The notes beneath the pieces are model-generated. The model searched no databases. It was not told where the DNA came from and was given only the letters and a program-made list of their open reading frames with translations. From assembly GCF_009914755.1 (NCBI RefSeq), contig NC_060928.1: a stretch of DNA of 64,000 nucleotides; one strand, 5' to 3'. The DNA comes from the human T2T-CHM13v2.0 reference genome, Homo sapiens. Positions 16,220 through 27,506 of this stretch are shown here, piece after piece. Numbering within the stretch: position 1 is the stretch's first letter; every line of letters begins with the position of its first letter. The translations under genes and the position numbers were made by a program.

Positions 16220-16760
16220 GTCAGACAGTGAAAAATAATTAAAATACACAATGATTAGATGATGCTAAGTGCAATGAAATACAATAATTCAGAGACGGAG
16301 CACATGGAGGCTCCCACATGGGTGGAAGCTGTCATACTGACTAGGGCACTGGGGAAGGCTTCACTGGAATGACATTTGAGTTAAATCCCGAGCAGGTGAG
16401 GAGCATCTGGGGATGAGTATTCTCGGCCAAAAATATAGCAAATGAAGAACCATTGATGTGGGAGTGGGCTTGGCCTGATTTAGCAAAAGCACAAAGGCCA
16501 CTGTGCTTGGAGCAGAGAGAACAAGGGAAAGAGAAGCATAAGATGGGGTCAGAGAGTAGCAATGGAAACCTTGAGTTTGTGGCATGAGTGAGGTGGGGCG
16601 TGTTGGAGGATACTGAGCAGAAAGGGGTGTGGGCTCACGCATGTTTAAACAGCATCCTGTGTCCTGAAGAGAAGGGTGAATGCAGGGAGACCAGGGAGGA
16701 GGCTCCTGCCATAGGCCAGGCAAAGTGCTATAGCGGCTCGGGCCAGGATGGTTGTCCTTA
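16220..16760 (-). mobile_element. L2 fragment
   Basis: GGGAAGGCTTCACTGGAATGACATTTGAG..., GCAGGGAGACCAGGGAGGAGGCT motifs of antisense L2. Confidence 0.6.
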
Positions 16761-16944
16761 CTAGACTTGAGTGACTTGAAATCTGGGACTAGATCCCATT
16801 TATGTTTTAACCTCCAGCATCCAGCACAGTGCACCACACACAACACAATAGGTGCTCAAAGGCACTGAATAAACAAATAAGGCACGTTGTCTCAGCAAGC
16901 AGCTACAGCTTCTGAAGTCAGCACTGTTTGTTTTTCTAGGGCCA

Positions 16945-17395
16945 TGTCTTAGTCTGCTTTGTGTTGCTATAAAAGAATGTCTGAGACTGGGTAATTTATA
17001 AAGAGAAGAAGTTTACCTAGCCCTTGGTTCTGCAGGCTGAGAAGTGCTAGGCCATGGCCCTGGCTTTCCACAAGGGGTGTCATGCTACTTTACAACCTGG
17101 CGAACAACAGTAAGGAGAAGCAGACATGAGGAAGAGGGAGAAACCTGAGGGATGTCCTGGCTTTGTAACAACACCCTCTTGAGGAGCTAATCTATTTCTG
17201 GGAGAACTAATCCAGTCTTGAGAGAGTGAGAACTCACTCACAAACATGAGAACAGCACCAAGCCATTCATAAGGGATCCACCCCCATGGCACAAATACCT
17301 TCCACTAGCTCCCAACCCCCGACGCTGCCACAGTAGGGATCAAATCTCAACATGAGCTTTGGTGGCAACAAACGAACCATATCCAAACCATTGCA
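16945..17395 (-). mobile_element. MST-type MaLR solo LTR (MSTB/C-like)
   Basis: TGTCTTAGTCTGCTTTGTGTTGCTATAA...GAGACTGGGTAATTTATAAAG...ATCCAAACCATTGCA. Confidence 0.85.
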
Positions 17396-17750
17396 GGAGA
17401 GATTTTGTGACATTTTGTTTCCAGTAGGCAAGCTTCATCTTCTGTGTTTCCTAATTGAATGGCCCTTAGGCCACATTCTGAGGACAGCGTGGGTGTTTGC
17501 ATGAGGGCCAACACAATCAAAACTTGATGATTGTGAAATTGTTTTTCTTTAAATTACCTTTGGACATTTGAAAAATGTGTTTCAAAAAATAAGTAAAAAC
17601 CACCCATTCTCCAAGGCGGGCTGCCTTAGCTAATTGAGTGCCTCAAGACCCCAGGTGCATCCTAGAACGCTGTCCAAACCTGTCTGAAACCCAAATCAAG
17701 TCTTTGATGGTCAATGTCTGTCTTTCTAGTTCTAATTTAAAGATAAAAAA

Positions 17751-18003
17751 ATACCTGTAATCCCAGCACTTTGGGAGGCTGAGGTGGGCAGATCACTTGA
17801 GGCCAAGAGTTCGAGACCAGCCTAGCTAACATGACGAAACCCTGTCTCTACTAAAAATACAGAAAATCTAGCCAGGCATGGTGGTGCACGACTGTAGTTT
17901 CAGCTACTTGGGAGGCTGAGGCAGGAGAATCGCTTGAACCCAAGAGGTGGGGCTGCAGTGAGCCAAGATCTCAAGACTCCGTCTCAAAAAAATAAAAAAA
18001 TAA
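17751..18003 (+). mobile_element. Alu (AluS-type), 5'-clipped with an internal deletion in the right arm
   Basis: Starts at CCTGTAATCCCAGC; GCCAAGATC|TCAAGACTCC lacks the GCCACTGCACTCCAGCCTGGG segment. Confidence 0.93.
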
Positions 18004-19562
18004 ATCTTCATTAAAAAAAATCCAAATCAACATTTGGATAAGGTAATTTGAGAAGGATTTATTAGCATGTGAATTTATGTATTTATTTATTTATTTTTAA
18101 GAAAGAGAAATGTACAGAGAGATGGCGGGAGAGCAGTCTGGTAGCAGTTCTTTAAACTCTCTGTAAAGCTGGATGGTTATATGATTTCTCAGAGTTGCTG
18201 CAGGGCTTTGATGAGATAATATCACTAAAATGCCTTGGACCAAGCCTACCATAGAGTGACACTCAAGAAATGTTAGTCCCAGCATTTTCCCTTAACAATT
18301 GCCTCTTCCCCTAACAATTCTCTCAGCTGTTTGCCAGGGATCTGAATGTCCTGGGTCCACCAGGCTTCTCAGTCTGACAAGATCACTTTTCTCATCTGGT
18401 AACCTCAAGGCTACAAGATGAGTTTTACGGGCCCTTTCCTTCATAATGTGATATCAATTTTTACATGATTTTTGATATAACTTTAAATTCTTCAACATTG
18501 TATTTAATTTTTATTTTAGACAAAGTCTAAATTTTCTTAGACCTTGAAAATTTCATTTTTTTAGATGTGAGCAATAATGTAAAATTTTTTAACCCTAAAG
18601 GTTTGTTGTTTTCCTTCTTGATTTTAAAATAAACTCACACATTTTTGTGGGTCCCTAAGAGTACCATGGACCCTGGGCACTGCGTCTAATGAGAAATAAT
18701 GGAAAGAGAAACAAAAATGTGAAGAACAAAGTCCAGCAACTCAAAGTTGCTCAAGGAAGGGATATTGCTTCTGTGGGAAGTTTTACTCGTCCCTCAAATG
18801 GGTTTTCCTGGCTCTTTGACTCTTCAATCCCTTCCAGAGGACAATAATAAGATTTGTTCTTTGAAACTGAAGGAAAACCATAAACGGTTGGTGACTGGGT
18901 TGGTGAACATTAGCTAATGTGAAACAGAGCACAGGACTTGTCTAACAAGGAATTTGCATATTCTCATCCACGTAGCCTGGTGTAGGTTCTGCCTGGGGCC
19001 ATGGGTAATGAATGCCTGCACAGCCTCTCCAGACTGTCAAGGGAGCCACTTGCACCCAAAACCTAACCTCAGGGGCCTCCAGGCAGATCAGGAGAGCAGG
19101 TCATTCACCACTCACGAGGACAAAACAAACTGACTCAGCCTTCTTTTGGGGGTAGGGGATTGATTCCTGGACCATTAGGGAGTGTTTAAAAGAGATTAAT
19201 TGGCCACTGGTGGGACCACTCCAGTCACTTTCCAGGCAAGACAGGGCTACCTTCAGCATCTCTAGTGAAAGTGGTGAATTAGCACTTCAGAAGTGAGATG
19301 GCATGGACAGAAGCTTCTGGGGCTGAGCTCACCATTGGAAGCTTCTTTCCAGCTTCCTGAAGGTCTCTGGAGGTCTCTTCTTACCGGGGAGGATGATCCC
19401 TGGTGGCTCCCTGCTGACATTCTTCAAAACTAGGCTATTTCCCCAGTGTCCTGCTGATAAAACAGAAGAGGAAATGATGAAAGTAGGTTGCTCTATTATT
19501 AACTCATCTTTTAATTTCAGTTCGTTTGTTTTAGTATGTTTCTTGATGCTAGGCATGACACC

Positions 19563-19745
19563 CATTCATTCATTCATTTATTCATTAAACAAATGTTTAT
19601 CAATGATATGTGACATTCTAGGCACTATTCTAGACATTCTAGGCACTATTCTAGACATTTAGAATACAGCAGTGAACAAAATAAAGATCCCTACCAGTGT
19701 GAAGCAAACATTCTAGAGGGGAAAAAAGGCAAGAAACAATAACAC
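19563..19745 (-). mobile_element. L2 3' end
   Basis: (CATT)n tail then AACAAATGTTTAT...AGGCACTATTCTAG...ACAGCAGTGAACAAAA. Confidence 0.75.
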
Positions 19746-20027
19746 AACAGCACAGTTTATTGTCTCTAAGATGGCAGTGATACAAGATGCACTGCTAGTC
19801 TATGTGCCACTAAAGAAAGAAAGAATGCTGCTAATAAATTGCTGCCATTATAGAATGCATCTTGATTTTATGTATGTTAAGATGTGAAACTTAGAATTGA
19901 TTACATAAGATAAATAAACTATAATATATCAAAATGTGGCTATGAAAAAAGTGAAGCTGGGAGGGGAGTGGTGATATTGAACAAAGGCTTGAAAGAAATG
20001 GGACTGTTAAATTAATGGCAACTATTT

Positions 20028-20976
20028 TTGCAAAACTGCTTTATTGAGATGTAATTTATATATAATAAAACTCACCCTTTTAAGTGTATAATCCATTTTA
20101 GTAAGGTTACAGAGTTACACAAACATGATCTAGATTACCATGATCTAGATTTATAATATTTCTTTCTTTTTTTAAAAAAAAAGAACACGTAACAGGAGAT
20201 CTATCTCTTAACAAATTTTTAAGTGTACAATACAGTGTTGTTAACCAGAGTCACAATTTTGTACAGCAGATCTCCAGAACTTAATCATCTTGAATAACTA
20301 AAACTTTATAACCCTTGAATAATACCTTTCCATTTATACTGCCCCATCCCCTAGCAACCACCATTCTACTCTGTTTCTATGTGTTTGACTTTAGATACAT
20401 TTAGATACTTATGTAAGTGGAATTATGCAGTGTTTGTCCTTTTGTGACTGGCTTATTTCACTTAGCATAATGTCCTCCAGGCTCTTCCATGTTGTAGCAT
20501 ATGGTAGAATTTTTTTAAAGCTGAATAATATTCTACTGCATGTGCAGTATGCCACATTCTCTTTATCCATTCATCCAGCAATGAACATTTGGGTGGTTTC
20601 CACCTCTTGGCTACTGTGAATAATGCTGAAATTAACATGGGAGTGCAGATATCTCTTTGAGGTCCTGATTTCAAATCTTTTGGATAAATCCCCCAAATGG
20701 GATTGTTAGATCATATAGTACTTCTATTTTGATTTTTTCATGAACCTCCATACTGTTTTCTATAGCAATTGCACCATTTTACATTCCTACCACAGTGTGC
20801 CAGGATTTCAGTTTCTCAACAGCTTAGCCAACACTTATCTTTGTTTTTTTTTTTTTTTTGGTTTTTTTTTTTGGATAATAGACATCCTAACAGCTGTGAG
20901 ATGATATCTCATTGTAGTTTTGATTGTATTTTCCTGATGACTAGTGATGTTGAGTACCTTTTCATATACCTATTGG
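20028..20976 (-). mobile_element. L1MA10/L1MB-type 3' end (composite), TSD-flanked
   Basis: Antisense ORF2 C-terminus (DICTPMLISALFTVAKRWKPPKC) and 3'UTR; flanked by AATGGCAACTATTT (20014-20027) / AATGGCAGCTATTT (20977-20990). Confidence 0.85.
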
Positions 20977-21107
20977 AATGGCAGCTATTTATTGAACAAC
21001 TATGATATCCAAGAGGGCAGATATCATTTGTTTACCACTGTGTCCCCACTGCTAAAGCATCTGGCACATGGTAGGTACTCAATAAACATTTGTTGAATGA
21101 ATGAGCT

Positions 21108-21305
21108 ACTATTCATATATGCCAGGTACTTCACAGTGAATTCTTATCAAATGTTTGGAGGTAGGCATGGTCATGCCTATTTTATGAACGGTGAAACTGA
21201 GGCTCAGAAAAGTAACTTGGTCCTGGTCACAAACCCAGGTGAGGAGAATATAGTACTTGAACCCAGGTCTCTCTGATGTTAACATGTAAACTCTTCCTCT
21301 ACATC
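21108..21305 (-). mobile_element. MIR
   Basis: GAAACTGAGGCTCAGAAAAGTAACTTGG...CTTGAACCCAGGTCT. Confidence 0.75.
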
Positions 21306-22212
21306 TCACTGGCTTCTCTGCTTCTGGCCATTTTAATATCCCTCTGGTACAAAAATAAAAATAAAAAAAAATTGGAACACCAGGCAAGCAGGGGCTTTGG
21401 ATAAAAATCAGACTCATAGAAACCAGAATGAAACCTTTGGGAATAGAAAGCCCAATTCACTGCCTGGGAAATGTCACATTTTGTGGAGGTGCAAGCAGTT
21501 GGCTTGTTATCTCAGATCTCAAGTTCTAGCTACTTTCACTTTAAAATCTATTATTTGAGTGAATTAAGACTCCCTGCCTCCAAAGAGACGATTTTTTTTA
21601 GTAAAAACTCTCCCTTGTTAAACAGTTTAACTCAAACTGGCAGCATAACTGTTAAAAATAAACTTACTTTGATACTTTGCAAAGCATAAGGCCAAATAAC
21701 AATGGACATGGAAACCCACCACAGTCTTTCTAAGACTAAGTCAAACATCCTATATATAGAAAAACATCTTGGGTAAAATCTGTCAAGCCAATATTGGCTG
21801 AATTCAAAATTACACCTAATTTGAAACAACTGCTTTTTCCTCAGCCAACTGGCTACCCTATTGTTCTTTAATAAAAATAACAGAAAATCCAAATTTGAAG
21901 TCAAGTTCTCCCCGAAGAAAGATACGTTTCATATTAAAAGGCTCTACTGGTGACACTTGTGATATGAGCTGGGGTCTCCATTGTCTATCCTGGTAGAGTG
22001 GGAAGATTATCAGTGGTTAGGCAAGGTCCCTAAAAACTTGAAATTTTTGCTACAAACACGAGGGAATAATTAAACTTGGTTGGAATAAACAAACTTTTGG
22101 GGCAGTCCAGGCAGAGATCAGAATTCTCAAAATCCAAAGGCCTTTGTTGTGTTTTATTCATAACCTGCTCAGAGGAAAGCCGAAAATGGATCCTATATAC
22201 CATGAGCTCATT

Positions 22213-22214
<2 letters not shown>

Positions 22215-22243
<29 letters not shown>

Positions 22244-22526
22244 GAGACAGAGTTTCTCTCTGTCACCCAGGCTGCAGTGCAGCGGTGTGATCTTGGCTCA
22301 CTGCAAGCTCCGCCTCCCAGGCTCAAGCAATTCTTGTACCTCAGCTTCCTGAAGAGCTGGGACTACAGGTATGTGTGCCACAACACCCGGCTAATTTTTG
22401 TATTTTTAGTAGAGACAGGGTTTCACCATGTTGGCCAGGCTGGTCTTGAACTCCTGACCTCAGGTGATCTGCTCGTCTTGGCCTCCCAAAGTGCTAGGAT
22501 TACAGATGTGAGCCACCGCACCTGGC
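22215..22526 (-). mobile_element. Alu (AluS-type)
   Basis: Poly-T then GAGACAGAGTTTCTC...; ends GAGCCACCGCACCTGGC. Confidence 0.97.
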
Positions 22527-22668
22527 TTCATTATTTCTCATTGAGGCAAAATGTTCCATTGTATGAGTAGATCAAAGTTTACTTGTACATTTCTCTGTTG
22601 GTGGACATTTGGGTTTCTTCTAGTTTTGAGACATTAAGTGAAGCAGTAGTTACCAGCTAGGGGCTGGG

Positions 22669-24967
22669 CCTATTAGTCTGTTTTCATGAGTCTGTTTTCA
22701 CGCTGCTGGTAAAGACATACCCAAGACAGGGAAGAAAAAGAGGTTTAATTGGACTTACAGTTCCACATGGCTGAGGAGGCCTCAGAATCATGATGGGAGG
22801 CAAAAGGCACTTCTTACATGGTGTCAGTAGGAGAAAAATGAGGAAGAAGCAAAAGCAGAAACCCCTGATAAACCTGTCAGATCTTGTGAGACTTATTCAC
22901 TATCATGAGAATAGCACGGGAAAGACTGGCTCCCATGATTCAATTTCTTCCCCCTGGGTCCCTCCCACAACACATGGGAATTCTGGGAGATAGAATTCAA
23001 GTTGGGATTTGGATGGGGACACAGCCAGACTATATCATTCCACCCCTGGCCCCTCCAAATCTCATGTTCTCACATTTCAAAACCAATTATGCCTTCCCAA
23101 CAGTCCCCCAAAGTCTTAACTCATTTCAGCTTTAACCCAAAAGTCCATAGTCCAAAGTCTCCTCTGAGACAAGGGAAGTTCCTCCACATATGAGCTGGCA
23201 AAATCAAAAGCAAGCTAGTTACTTCCTAGATACAATGGAAAAACAGGTATTGGGTAAATACATTCATTCCAAATGGGAGAAATTGGCCAAAACAAAGGGG
23301 TTACAGGGCCCATGCAAGTCCGAAATCCAGTGAGGTCGTCAAATTTTAAAGCTCCAAAATGATCTCCTTTGACTCCAGGTCTCACATCCAGGTCATGCTA
23401 ATTCAAAAGGTGGGTTCCCATGGTCTTGGGCAGCTCCACCCCTGTGGCTTTGCAGGATACAGCCTCTCTCCCACTGCTTTCACGGGCAGGCATTGTGTGT
23501 CCGTGGCTTTTCCAGGTGCACAGTGCAAGCTGCCTGTGGATCTACCATTCTGGGGTCTGGATGACGGTGGCCGTCTTCTCACAGCTCCACTAGGCGGTGC
23601 CCCAGTAGGGACTCTGTGTGGGGGCTCCGACCCCACATTTCCCTTCTGCACTTCCCTAGGAGAGGTTCTTCATGAGGCCCTGCTCCTGCAGCAAACTTTT
23701 GTCTGGGCATCCAGGCATTTCTATACATCTTCTGAAATCTAAGTGGAGATTCCCGAACCTCAATTCTTGACTTCTGTGGACTGCAGGCTCAACACCATGT
23801 GGAAGCTGCCAAGGCTTGGGGTTTGCACACTCTGAAGCCACAGCCCAAGCTCTATGTTGGCCCCTTTCAGCCACATCTGGAGCAGCTGGGACACAGGGCA
23901 CCAAGTTTCTAGGCTGCACACAGCACAGGGACCCTGGGACTGGCCCATGAGACCACTTTTTCCTCCTGGGACTCCAGGCCTGCGATGAGAGGGGCTGCTG
24001 TGAAGGTCTCTGACTTGGCCTGGAGACATTTTCCCCACAGTCTTGGGGATTAATATTAGACTCCTTGCTACTTATGCAAATTTCTGCAGCTGGCTTGAAT
24101 TTCTCCTCAAAAAATGGGTTTTTCTATTCTACTGCATCATCAGGCTGCAAACGTTCTGAACTTTTACGCTCTGTTTTCCTTTTAAAATGGAATGCTTTTA
24201 ACAGCACCCAAGTCACCTCTTGAATGCTTTGCTGCTTAGAAGTTTCTTCTACCAGACACCCTAAATCATCTCTCCCAAGCTCAAAGTTCCACACATCTCT
24301 AGGGCAGGGGCAAAATGCCGCCAGTCTTTTTGCTAAAACATAGCAAAAGTCGCCTTTGCTCCAGTTCCCAACAAGTTCCCCATCTCCATCTGAGACCACC
24401 TCAACCTGGACCTTATTGTTCATATCACTATTAGCATTTTTGTCAAAGCCATTCAACAGGTCTCTAGGAAGTTCCAAACTTTCCCACGTTTTCCTGTCTT
24501 CTTCTGAGGCCTCCAAACTGTTCCAAACTCTGCCTGTTACCCAGTTCCAAAGTCGCTTCCACATTTTCAGCTATCTTTTCAGCAACGCCCCACTGTACTG
24601 ATACCAACTGACTGTATTAGTCTGTTTTCACGCTGCTGATAAAGACATACCTGACACTGGGAAGGAAAAGAGGTTTAATTGGACTTACAGTTCCACATGG
24701 CTGGGGAGGCCTCAGAAACATGGCGGGAGGCAAAAGGCACTTCTCACATGGCAGTGGCAAGAGAAAAATGAGGAAGAAGCAAAGGCGGAAACCCCTGAAA
24801 AACCCATCAGATCTCATGTGACTTACTCACTATTACGAGACTAGCATGGGAAAGACCAGCCCCCATGATTCAATTACCTCCCCCTGGGTCCCTCCCGTGA
24901 CACATGGGAATTCTGGGAGATACAATTCAAGTTGAGATTTGGATGGGGACACAGCCAAACCATATCA
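22669..24967 (-). mobile_element. Full-length THE1C MaLR provirus (LTR-int-LTR)
   Basis: Two direct LTRs at 22669-23037 and 24613-24967 around a THE1 internal region (23038-24612); 5-bp TSD CTGGG (22664-22668 / 24968-24972). Confidence 0.93.
24124..24564 (-). pseudogene. Remnant of the THE1/MaLR internal ORF
   Basis: 146-aa ORF ...SEEDRKTWESLELPRDLLNGFD...GNWSKGDFCYVLAKRLAAFCPCPRD... typical of MaLR-int; lies inside THE1C-int. Confidence 0.75.
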
Positions 24968-24992
24968 CTGGGGGAGGAAGGCACCGTGGTAG

Positions 24993-25368
24993 TGCTATGG
25001 ACCGAATCATGTCCCCTCCATATTCGTATGCTGAGGCCTTGAGCCCCAATGTGAATATATTTGGAGATGAGTCCTTTCTGGAAGTAATTAAGGTTAAATG
25101 AGGTCATAAGGTTAGGGCCCTGATCTGATAGAATTTATGTCCTTTTAAGAATAGACACCAGAGCGCTTGCTCCAGGTGCACAAAGTAGTGGCCATGTGAG
25201 CATACACTGAGAAAGCAGCCATCTGCAAGCCAGGAAGAGGGCCCTTACCAGCCATTCTAGTCCCCTGATCTTGGACATCCAGCTTCCAAAACTGTGAGAA
25301 ACCGATTTTTGTTATTGAAATCGCTTAGCCTTTGGTATTTTGTTCTGGCACCCTGGCAGACTAATATA
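24993..25368 (+). mobile_element. MLT1A0/MLT1B-like LTR
   Basis: TGCTATGGACCGAAT...AAGGTTAAATGAGGTCATAAGG...GCAGACTAATATA; TSD GGTAG/AGTAG. Confidence 0.85.
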
Positions 25369-25558
25369 AGTAGGGGTAAGCAGGTTATTAACCAGAAAGA
25401 GACACAAAGGAGCTTTTCACATAAGGGCGATGGATATATTCTGTATCTTGATCAGGGTAGTAGTTACGTGGGTGGATACATAGGTGAACAAGTTTATCAA
25501 ACTGTCAGTTTCAGATTTCTACATTCTTGTGCATATAAATTTTCCTAAACTTGAAAAA
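25369..25558 (+). mobile_element. Old L1ME/L1MC 3' fragment (host of the THE1C and MLT1 insertions)
   Basis: GATGGATATATTCTGTATCTTGATCAGGGTAGTAGTTAC motif; appears to continue left of THE1C (AGTAGTTACC...GGGG at about 22645-22668). Confidence 0.55.
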
Positions 25559-25789
25559 GGCCGTCTTATCCCCATCTTTCCCAATGGAATCTGTGTTTCA
25601 AAAAGATAACAATATAGTGTTCATGCCTTCAAACAGGCCTGGTAGAAAGGAAATTAACATACATTATTTATCTCGTATATATGTATGTTTCTGCCTGTAA
25701 TAAATAATGGGGATTGAGCACTTAGCACAAGAGTAAGCAACTGCCAAATGCAGCTCTGGGTTCAGACCTGTATGGGGCAGACCTGAGAG

Positions 25790-26720
25790 CCAGGCCCCTT
25801 TCCCTACCATACTGAAACTGACAGCAAAGCCGCTCAGCTAAGGGGATGTGCAGAAAGGACGCCCTGGGGTCTCCTGAGGCTGCAGGGCGGCCGGGGAGCC
25901 CTGGGGTCAGGAGGGCAACTTTCTGGGGCACAGTGCTCGAGTCACCTCTCCGAGGAACGGCTCTGCCTGCACTGCTTCTTGTACTTTGTTTACCCGCCCC
26001 TAGGAAAAGAGCTGTGAAGATGATCGTAGGGAGCAAGCAGTGAGGCGGCAAATGGCTCTGAGAGGAGCCACGCAGACAGCTGGGCAGCCGTGCCAAGAAC
26101 AACAGGAAGCTCGCGGCCCCACCCCTGCTCGCTGCAGCCCTGGCCTGGAGACCCAGGGTTATTTGCTTTGAAGGGCCCTCTGCAGATGTTACATAAACAA
26201 AACCTCCATTGACTCCAGTTCTGAGCCTGGCCTAAAATAGCCCGCGGGCTTCCCCCTACCACTGTGCAGTTTCGCCGCCATCCCTTTTGGTCCCCTTGTG
26301 TGCTAGCTGCTTCCCTCCATTGACCACATGTGCAGACAACTCTCGCCAGTGTCCCTAAGAGGCCAGTTCCCTGGGGAAAAAAAAGTGGGGCTCGTTTGCC
26401 TTCCCTGGCAGGTCAGACACAAAGCATCCCTGTAAGACCTTTGATGGCTACTGGCCAAGGGACACGTTTCCCCTCCCCAGGGAGGCAGGAAGCTGGGCTG
26501 AGGCACAGTGGGGTTTGGTCAGCAGCCAGCACAAGAGGGACTGTGCTTTCTCTCTGTGTCTGTGTCTCTTTCTGTGTGTGTCTGTGTCTCTCTCTCTCTC
26601 TGTCTCTTTCTCTCTCTTTCCTAAGGGCAAGCTCTCCAGGTAAGGGCACGAGTTCTTCGTCAGCGTCTCTATTTTCACTTGATGTAACGACTGAACACTC
26701 TACTCTTGACTCTTCCTCCA
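25790..26720. promoter_or_regulatory. Candidate promoter/enhancer island
   Basis: Non-repetitive and GC-rich, with visibly more CpG than the flanks; clustered FOX (TGTTTAC 25987), GC-box (CCCGCCCC 25993), ETS (CAGGAAG 26103), TCF/LEF (CTTTGAA 26166) and D-box (GTTACATAA 26188) motifs. Confidence 0.5.
26547..26621 (+). repeat. (TC)n/(TCTG)n pyrimidine-rich microsatellite
   Basis: TCTCTGTGTCTGTGTCTCTTTCTGTGTGTGTCTGTGTCTCTCTCTCTCTC... Confidence 0.9.
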
Positions 26721-26944
26721 AGCTCCTATAAAATTCCCTGACCCCATTTGCACTTCAGCTCCTTCATTCTGCAGAAAACCATTCCTTCGTGAACATCTGG
26801 AGAATCACAGATCCGTGCCACAGCACGGGGTCACTCTGGGCCTTGCCACTCAACATGGGTCCCTGGAAGCTATTATCATCTTTTCCCTTTGACCTCCTGC
26901 ACTTCTCCAGGATCTTAACTCATAAAAAAAAAACCAAAAACAAC

Positions 26945-27175
26945 ACCAGCAATAAAAACATATTTATGTCAAATACTTACTATGTGCCTGATACAAGGCT
27001 AAGCATTTTATGTGTTTTATTTTATTTCATATTGAACAGTCTTATGAGATTGGTACAATAATTATCTCCAGCTGACAGAAGGACAAACTGCAGTTTGGAA
27101 AAATTATAGAACTTGTACAAGATGTGACAGAGGTGGGACAGTCAGACTTGTATTCAGTGTCTCAACCACTGCATT
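26945..27175 (-). mobile_element. MIR
   Basis: ACTTACTATGTGCCTGATAC...GCTAAGCATTTTA...ATTATCTCCA... Confidence 0.6.
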
Positions 27176-27506
27176 GCATGTCCGGGGAAAAAGAGGGCAG
27201 GACTCACAACTCCTCCTTTCCATGGTCTTTCTTCTATTCAAAGGCCATGCTATTGTATCCATGGTCAATGTCATTAAACATATCACTGATCAATTAATTA
27301 TCCAATCAGTATTTAAGGACTATGTTTTCTGGGCAAGTTGCTATTTGAGTCTATACCAGACCAAAAAAACAAAAACGTATGATGTATACTATGTGAATAT
27401 CTAGCTCCTACTGTATCAACAGTTGTACTTTGGTTGTGAGAGGGCTTTGTGTTTCTCTGGGCTGAAGATCCTCAAACCAGATGGCCATCCTGGAACTAGA
27501 AGTTCT

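Noticed and set aside
16361-16846. 161-aa minus-strand ORF
   Set aside because: Lies over decayed L2; no recognisable domain or splice context.
18430-18705. Possible hAT-Tip100-type MITE (GGGTCCCTAAGAGTACCATGGACCCTGGGCACTG)
   Set aside because: The resemblance is there, but I cannot fix its termini or family, so it is not listed as a feature.
22076-22570. 164-aa ORF
   Set aside because: Mostly antisense Alu plus poly-T (FFFFF...ETEFLSV); a typical Alu-derived spurious ORF.
26330-26731. Overlapping 133-, 102- and 76-aa ORFs
   Set aside because: Kept open by the TC/GA microsatellite (LSLSLS, RERERE); no protein similarity recognised.
26727-26733. TATAAAA box downstream of the regulatory island
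   Set aside because: No good initiator at the expected spacing, and it lies downstream of the splice donor; the motif alone is not evidence.
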